Positions 48,779-53,047 of a stretch of DNA of 53,047 nucleotides are shown here, in pieces (within the stretch, counting starts at the first letter, position 1; each line of letters begins with the position of its first letter). Made by a program: the position numbers and the translations under genes. Source of the stretch: Armatimonadota bacterium (lineage in GTDB: Bacteria; Armatimonadota; Zipacnadia; Zipacnadales; UBA5352); contig JAYENL010000324.1 in the NCBI GenBank assembly GCA_034722055.1, forward strand, positions 1 to 53,047, given 5' to 3'. Below the pieces are notes generated by a model, which had not been told where the DNA came from, searched no databases, and was given only the letters and a program-made list of their open reading frames with translations.

Positions 48779-49861
48779 TCAGAACTGCTCCTGGTCCTCG
48801 GCCGGAGCCGGCTGGAGCTGCCCCGCCTGCACCATGGCCTCCAGCGGGTTGTCCTCGGCCTCCGTAGGGATCTCCACGCGCGCCCGCTGGCGGGACGACT
48901 CCCAGCAGGCAAAAAGGGCCTCGGTGCCCCGGATGGCGTAGTGCGCGTCCATCATGGCGCGCTCGCCCGCGCGGTAGGACTCCACGGCGTCCTCGATGGC
49001 CCGGTCGATGAAGCTGTTCGCGTGCAGGCCCTCGCCGTCGGTGTCCACGCTCTGCCACTCGCCCTCGCCCCACACCCGGTAGCGCAGGACGCTCGCGCCC
49101 TCCTCGGTGCTGCCGATGTCGATGACGCCCTCCGTGCCGACCAGACGGTTGTGGCAGCTCACGGCCGGCTGGGCGTCGCCGGTGGCCACCAGCCCGAAGA
49201 CTCCGTTCTCGTAGGCGATCAGCGCCACGCAGTCATTCTCGTTGTGGGCGCCGAACCACAGATCCTCGGTGTGGTAGCTGATCTGCGCCATGACCCACTC
49301 CGGCCAGGCCTCGTCATTGAAGTACTGGGCCATGTCGAAGTTGTGCGAGCCGTAGTCGTAGATGTTCGCGCCGCCCCACTCCATCCGCACCAGCTCGCCG
49401 ATCTCGCCGTCGTCGAGCATCTGCTTGGCGAGCTGGAAGGGCCTCCCGTAGCGGCGCTGGTGGTTGAAGTTGAGCGCCGCGCCCTCCTCGTCGCAGACCT
49501 CCACCATCCGGCGCGAGCCGCCGATGGTGTCCGCCATGGGCTTCTCGCAGTAGATGAGCTTCACGCCGGCCCGGGCGCAGTCCACCACCATCTGCTCGTG
49601 CAGATGCGGCCAGGTGCAGATGCTCACGGCCTCGGGCTGCACCTCCGTCAGCATGGTCTGATAGTCGCGAAAGGTCTCCTCGATGTCGTGCTCATCCGCG
49701 AAGGCGGCCACGTTCTCCTCCACCACATCCGCCGCGGCCACCAGCTCCACATCGTTGAGCTGCTGGCAGGCGTGGGCGTGGGTATAGGCCATCCCATACC
49801 CCATCAGCGAGCCCTTCTCGCGCTTCCTGCCGGTCCCGATGAATGCCACCGTCAGTGCCAT
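48779..49861 (-). CDS. Gfo/Idh/MocA family oxidoreductase
   Basis: FIGTG, VSICTWPHLH, CEKPMA, NHQRR, GSHNFD. Confidence 0.92.
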   Translation of the reverse strand: MALTVAFIGTGRKREKGSLMGYGMAYTHAHACQQLNDVELVAAADVVEENVAAFADEHDIEETFRDYQTMLTEVQPEAVSICTWPHLHEQMVVDCARAGVKLIYCEKPMADTIGGSRRMVEVCDEEGAALNFNHQRRYGRPFQLAKQMLDDGEIGELVRMEWGGANIYDYGSHNFDMAQYFNDEAWPEWVMAQISYHTEDLWFGAHNENDCVALIAYENGVFGLVATGDAQPAVSCHNRLVGTEGVIDIGSTEEGASVLRYRVWGEGEWQSVDTDGEGLHANSFIDRAIEDAVESYRAGERAMMDAHYAIRGTEALFACWESSRQRARVEIPTEAEDNPLEAMVQAGQLQPAPAEDQEQF

Positions 49862-50091
49862 AGTCGTGTCCTCCGTTGAGGGCCAGCCCGACACGGGCGG
49901 CTTGCACGCGTTGTGGAGTCTTCGCGCCTGCATCGGAGTCTCCTCCAAGGTGGTCCCTCTGGCGCCGCGCCTGCGCGCGAGGGAGAGGAGGAATCGAGCT
50001 ATAGCATGCCGAAGTAAATAACATACCCTATTGAAAATCGCAGACATATAGCTTCCGAACGTTCGGATCCGGCAATCGGAGGGGACCCGGC

Positions 50092-50859
50092 ATGACTAGC
50101 GACGGGAGCGACGCCGTGCGTCGGGCGAAGGACCTCATCGAGGCCGAGCAGTTCGACGAGGCAATAGGCATTCTCGAGCCCTGGCTGGAGGACAACCCTG
50201 AGGATGCAGCCGCATGGTCTGCATTGGGCGCGGCGTACTTCGAGTTGGAGGACTACGAGGCGGCCGCACCAGCGGCCCGGAAGGCGGTTGAGCTTCGGCC
50301 CGAGAGCGCCCGCGAGTGGTGCAATCTCGGGACTGTGCTGCGCAAGCTGGGCCGTCTTGAGGAGGCCGCGAACGCGCAGCGCCGGGCGTTGGCTGTCGAG
50401 CAGGACTATGATCGTGCACTTATGGAGCTTGAGAAGTTGGGGACGCAATATGGCATGGATGAGGAGATGGAACCAGTTCCCCAGCCGTCTGGAAAGGGCG
50501 GTGCGGTGATGCGCAATGGTGATGCTGACCGTGAAGCTCGAGATAGTGAGTTGGAGAAGTGGCGGAACGCTCGAAGGCGCGAAGAGGTAGAGCGCCTCAA
50601 TGTCTGGGCTCAGGCGTTAACTTATGGCATTGCCTTCCTAATACCGTTACTGGGCGTCATCTGGGGTGGCGCCCTGCGCCTGCGGGCGGAAGGATCCGAA
50701 CTTTCTGAGCAACGGCTTGATGATCGGCTGACTGCATTGCGCTACATTGGATGGGCCTTGCTCGGGACGCTCGTGTACTGGGTCGTCTGGAAGGTGTGGG
50801 GGTACGACATCCTGCGCTTGCTGACACCCCAGCTCGATTTCCCATGGCCTCAGTTCTAG
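50092..50859 (+). CDS. TPR-repeat protein with two C-terminal TM helices
   Basis: AWSALGAAY..A...KAVELRP, W.NLG.VL..LGRLEEA; less GC-biased codons than neighbours. Confidence 0.85.
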   Translation: MTSDGSDAVRRAKDLIEAEQFDEAIGILEPWLEDNPEDAAAWSALGAAYFELEDYEAAAPAARKAVELRPESAREWCNLGTVLRKLGRLEEAANAQRRALAVEQDYDRALMELEKLGTQYGMDEEMEPVPQPSGKGGAVMRNGDADREARDSELEKWRNARRREEVERLNVWAQALTYGIAFLIPLLGVIWGGALRLRAEGSELSEQRLDDRLTALRYIGWALLGTLVYWVVWKVWGYDILRLLTPQLDFPWPQF

Positions 50860-51308
50860 CGCTCAGCGCGTCTTGGGGCCAATTCATGTCCCTAAACACC
50901 CTTTGGCTGCACCCCGTGGGGTGTGTTAACTTACAGCTGTCCTCAACAATACTGGCGAGAATCCTGGTCAGCTAGTTCCGATACGCCCCGGGGACGGACG
51001 GGGCCCGGGCACGCTCCACAAAGGCACCGACAAACGGCCCCGACGAGGTCGGGGCACCACGGCTGCTGTCCGGTCCTCGCAGGCCGCGGGCGGAACAAGA
51101 GCGTGTTGGCCCGGCCTTGCGGGACCGCAAGCCCACGACAAAGGAGCAATGCCGGCCCTGCCCTGGCAATCAGTTGCAGGCGTAAGGCGGTGGGGGTACG
51201 TCAGGAAGACGCGCGCCAGCCACGGGTGCGGCCTGGCATCGTGATCTGACTGGCGCCCATTCTGGCCCTGTGGTATAGTAGTGTTGGTCTTGTCAGGAGG
51301 GATCTGCC

Positions 51309-52316
51309 ATGCCACGTGGTTTTCTGCATCGGAAGTGGACGCGGCGGCTTCTGGGAGACAGCCACGCCGAGGTCCACAGATGGTTGGATGCGCCTCACAG
51401 GCTGTTGGGCCGCAAGCATCGTGTCCTGTTCCACGATCCCATCTCGGCCTCCGCTGTGGGCTCTCTTGCGGCTCTGAGCAAGGGCAAGAACCCGGTGACG
51501 GGCGCTCTCGCTGGCCTCCTTCACGGTGGCCAGGATAGGATCGACACGGCCCTGGGGGGCTCACGTAGGCGACGCAAGAAGCGAAAAGGGGGTGCTCGGC
51601 GTGCAGCAAGAGCCGCGGGGGCGATCGGCGCCCAGTTCGTCGCTCTGGTGGAGGATGAGGGCGGGGACCAAAGCGTTGCCGAAGACGCTTCGCGGGTCTC
51701 TGAGCCACCGCCCCCTCCGCCCCCCTCCGAGCTGGAGACGTTTGTTCTGGCAAAGCACAGAGAGGGCATGTCGAGACGCGACATTGCCATGCAGCTTATC
51801 AAGAGAGGCTGCAGATGGGAACGCGCGCAAGACCTCTTGTCAGTGTTGCCCAGAGAGCAGACTGAGCGCAATGCGTCACCGCCCGAGGGCGGGGTCGGCA
51901 ATGAGGTGGCGCGGCCGCCTCCCACGCAGACAGAGGCACGCATAGCGCTGCATGAGGCGGCGAGAGGGGGAGACGTGGAAGCTGTTAGGAGCGCGTTGCA
52001 AGCCGGCGCGGACGCCAATGCGCCGGGCGACGCTGAAGATGGCGATAGACCACTGTTTAGCTGGTCGGACTTTCTGGGCCTGTAAGGCAGCAATGCGCCG
52101 GGCGACGCTGAAGATGGCGATACACCACTGCACAAAGCTGCTGAGGCGGGCAACGCTGTCATCATTGAGCTTCTGATCGATGCGGGTGCGGACGTCAATG
52201 CCCGGAACAGGTGTGGCGAAACGCCCCTCGACGTCGCCCGTATGTTTGACACCGCACGCCACGGGATCGTGGCTGACCTCCTGCGCTGGCACGGCGCGCG
52301 GGAGTACAACGGGTGA
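51309..52316 (+). pseudogene. His-rich N-domain/ankyrin-repeat protein interrupted by an in-frame stop
   Basis: ORF 51309-52085 ends at TAA inside an insert; the same frame resumes with TPLHKAA..GADVNARNRCGETPLD to TGA 52316; RBS AGGAGG and -10 TATAGT (51274-51279) upstream. Confidence 0.75.
52016..52130 (+). repeat. 40-bp direct repeat (52016-52055, 52091-52130; one mismatch) around a 35-bp insert
   Basis: CAATGCGCCGGGCGACGCTGAAGATGGCGATA(G/C)ACCACTG occurs twice. Confidence 0.9.
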
Positions 52317-52339
52317 AGGGCAAGGCAACGCCGGCGGCA

Positions 52340-53047
52340 AACGGCCCGGACGGAATCGGCCCGCCCTGCTGTAGCGCTACGTGACGCTCCTCCGACGCTG
52401 ACAACGACCGCAGGCTGGCAGCCTGCGCCACGGGGCAGGTCGGCGGCTGTGGTCGTAGGTTTGTAGCTTGCGGCTTGGAGCTCGCAGCTTCCACTATTGG
52501 GCCGACCTTGCGCGACCGCTTCGCGCTCGCGCAGCGTGCGGCCCCTCCATGCACGCTTCGCATTGCCGAGATCTTCCGGAAGGTCTGCGACGGAGTTGAG
52601 GCAGGGCTCAGGCCTGTGTTGCTGTCGTACGGCTTACCTTTACCGGAGACTGCATGGCAGTCTCACGGAGGTCGCATGGCGACCTCAAGACCTTCGGTCT
52701 GATGCGGAGGGCTGTTGGCCGTGGAGGGGCCGCCTGAGGGCGCTCCTCAGGAGCGCGCGAAGTCGGCCCGCTGCAGGCGAAGTGACGCAATCGGCGGCCT
52801 GCACGACCAACGGCCGGGCCGGCTTCGGCTGCAGCGAACGATGCTGGAGCCTCAGACGGCCCCTCAGGACGGCAGACAGCGAATCGCCAGTCGCCACGAT
52901 GTGGGTCAATGTAAGCCGTCCCAGAGGGGGAACGGCGGGCCGGACAGTGGTCCGGCCCCTCCACACGGCACGACAAGGGCCGGGCGCGAGCGTAGTCGCG
53001 CCCCTCCGGACGGCAGACAGCGAATCGCCAGTCGCCACGATGTGGGT
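52340..53047. repeat. REP-like hairpin cluster including a 40-bp identical direct repeat (52867-52906, 53008-53047)
   Basis: GTGG-type hairpin 52409-52433, several GGAGGGGCCG motifs, a heptamer run, and a segment shared with 35213-35240; no credible ORF. Confidence 0.75.

Noticed and set aside
52016..52130. CRISPR-like repeat-spacer-repeat
   Set aside because: Only two repeats, both encoding ankyrin sequence in frame; no leader or cas genes
52867..53047. Start of a CRISPR array at the window end
   Set aside because: The 40-bp repeats are 141 bp apart and the intervening DNA is REP-like hairpins seen elsewhere; cannot be fully excluded beyond the window edge

Overview
A high-GC bacterial chromosomal segment. 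The lineage is probably Armatimonadota or similar; this is inferred from H-X9-DG/DUF1559-like and DUF6785-like proteins, many uncharacterised glycosidase-like genes, and the co-occurrence of a T-box, CIRCE and parS. In order, the window holds: (1) an Ile-specifier T-box riboswitch before citramalate synthase and a coupled SAM methyltransferase; (2) a secreted glycosidase-like gene; (3) groES-groEL with CIRCE; (4) a DtxR-FeoA regulator/feoA/feoB operon with sigma70 and sigma54-type promoters and a palindromic operator; (5) two divergent paralogous lipoproteins; (6) a perfect parS site; (7) glycan-utilisation-like genes; (8) a GldA/F/G-like ABC operon; (9) two tandem MNT-HEPN toxin-antitoxin-like modules sharing 175 identical bp; (10) an M20 amidohydrolase; (11) two H-X9-DG pseudopilin-like paralogues lacking the prepilin N-terminus; (12) an internally deleted heparinase-like pseudogene; (13) a REP-associated tyrosine transposase (RAYT) flanked by inverted REPs; (14) oxidoreductases; (15) a TPR membrane protein; (16) an ankyrin gene interrupted by a 40-bp direct repeat plus a 35-bp insert. 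Intergenic DNA is full of REP-like hairpins, heptamer runs and a nested palindromic element with variable cargo. No rRNA, tRNA or CRISPR array was seen. All family calls come from motif recognition by eye, not database searches.
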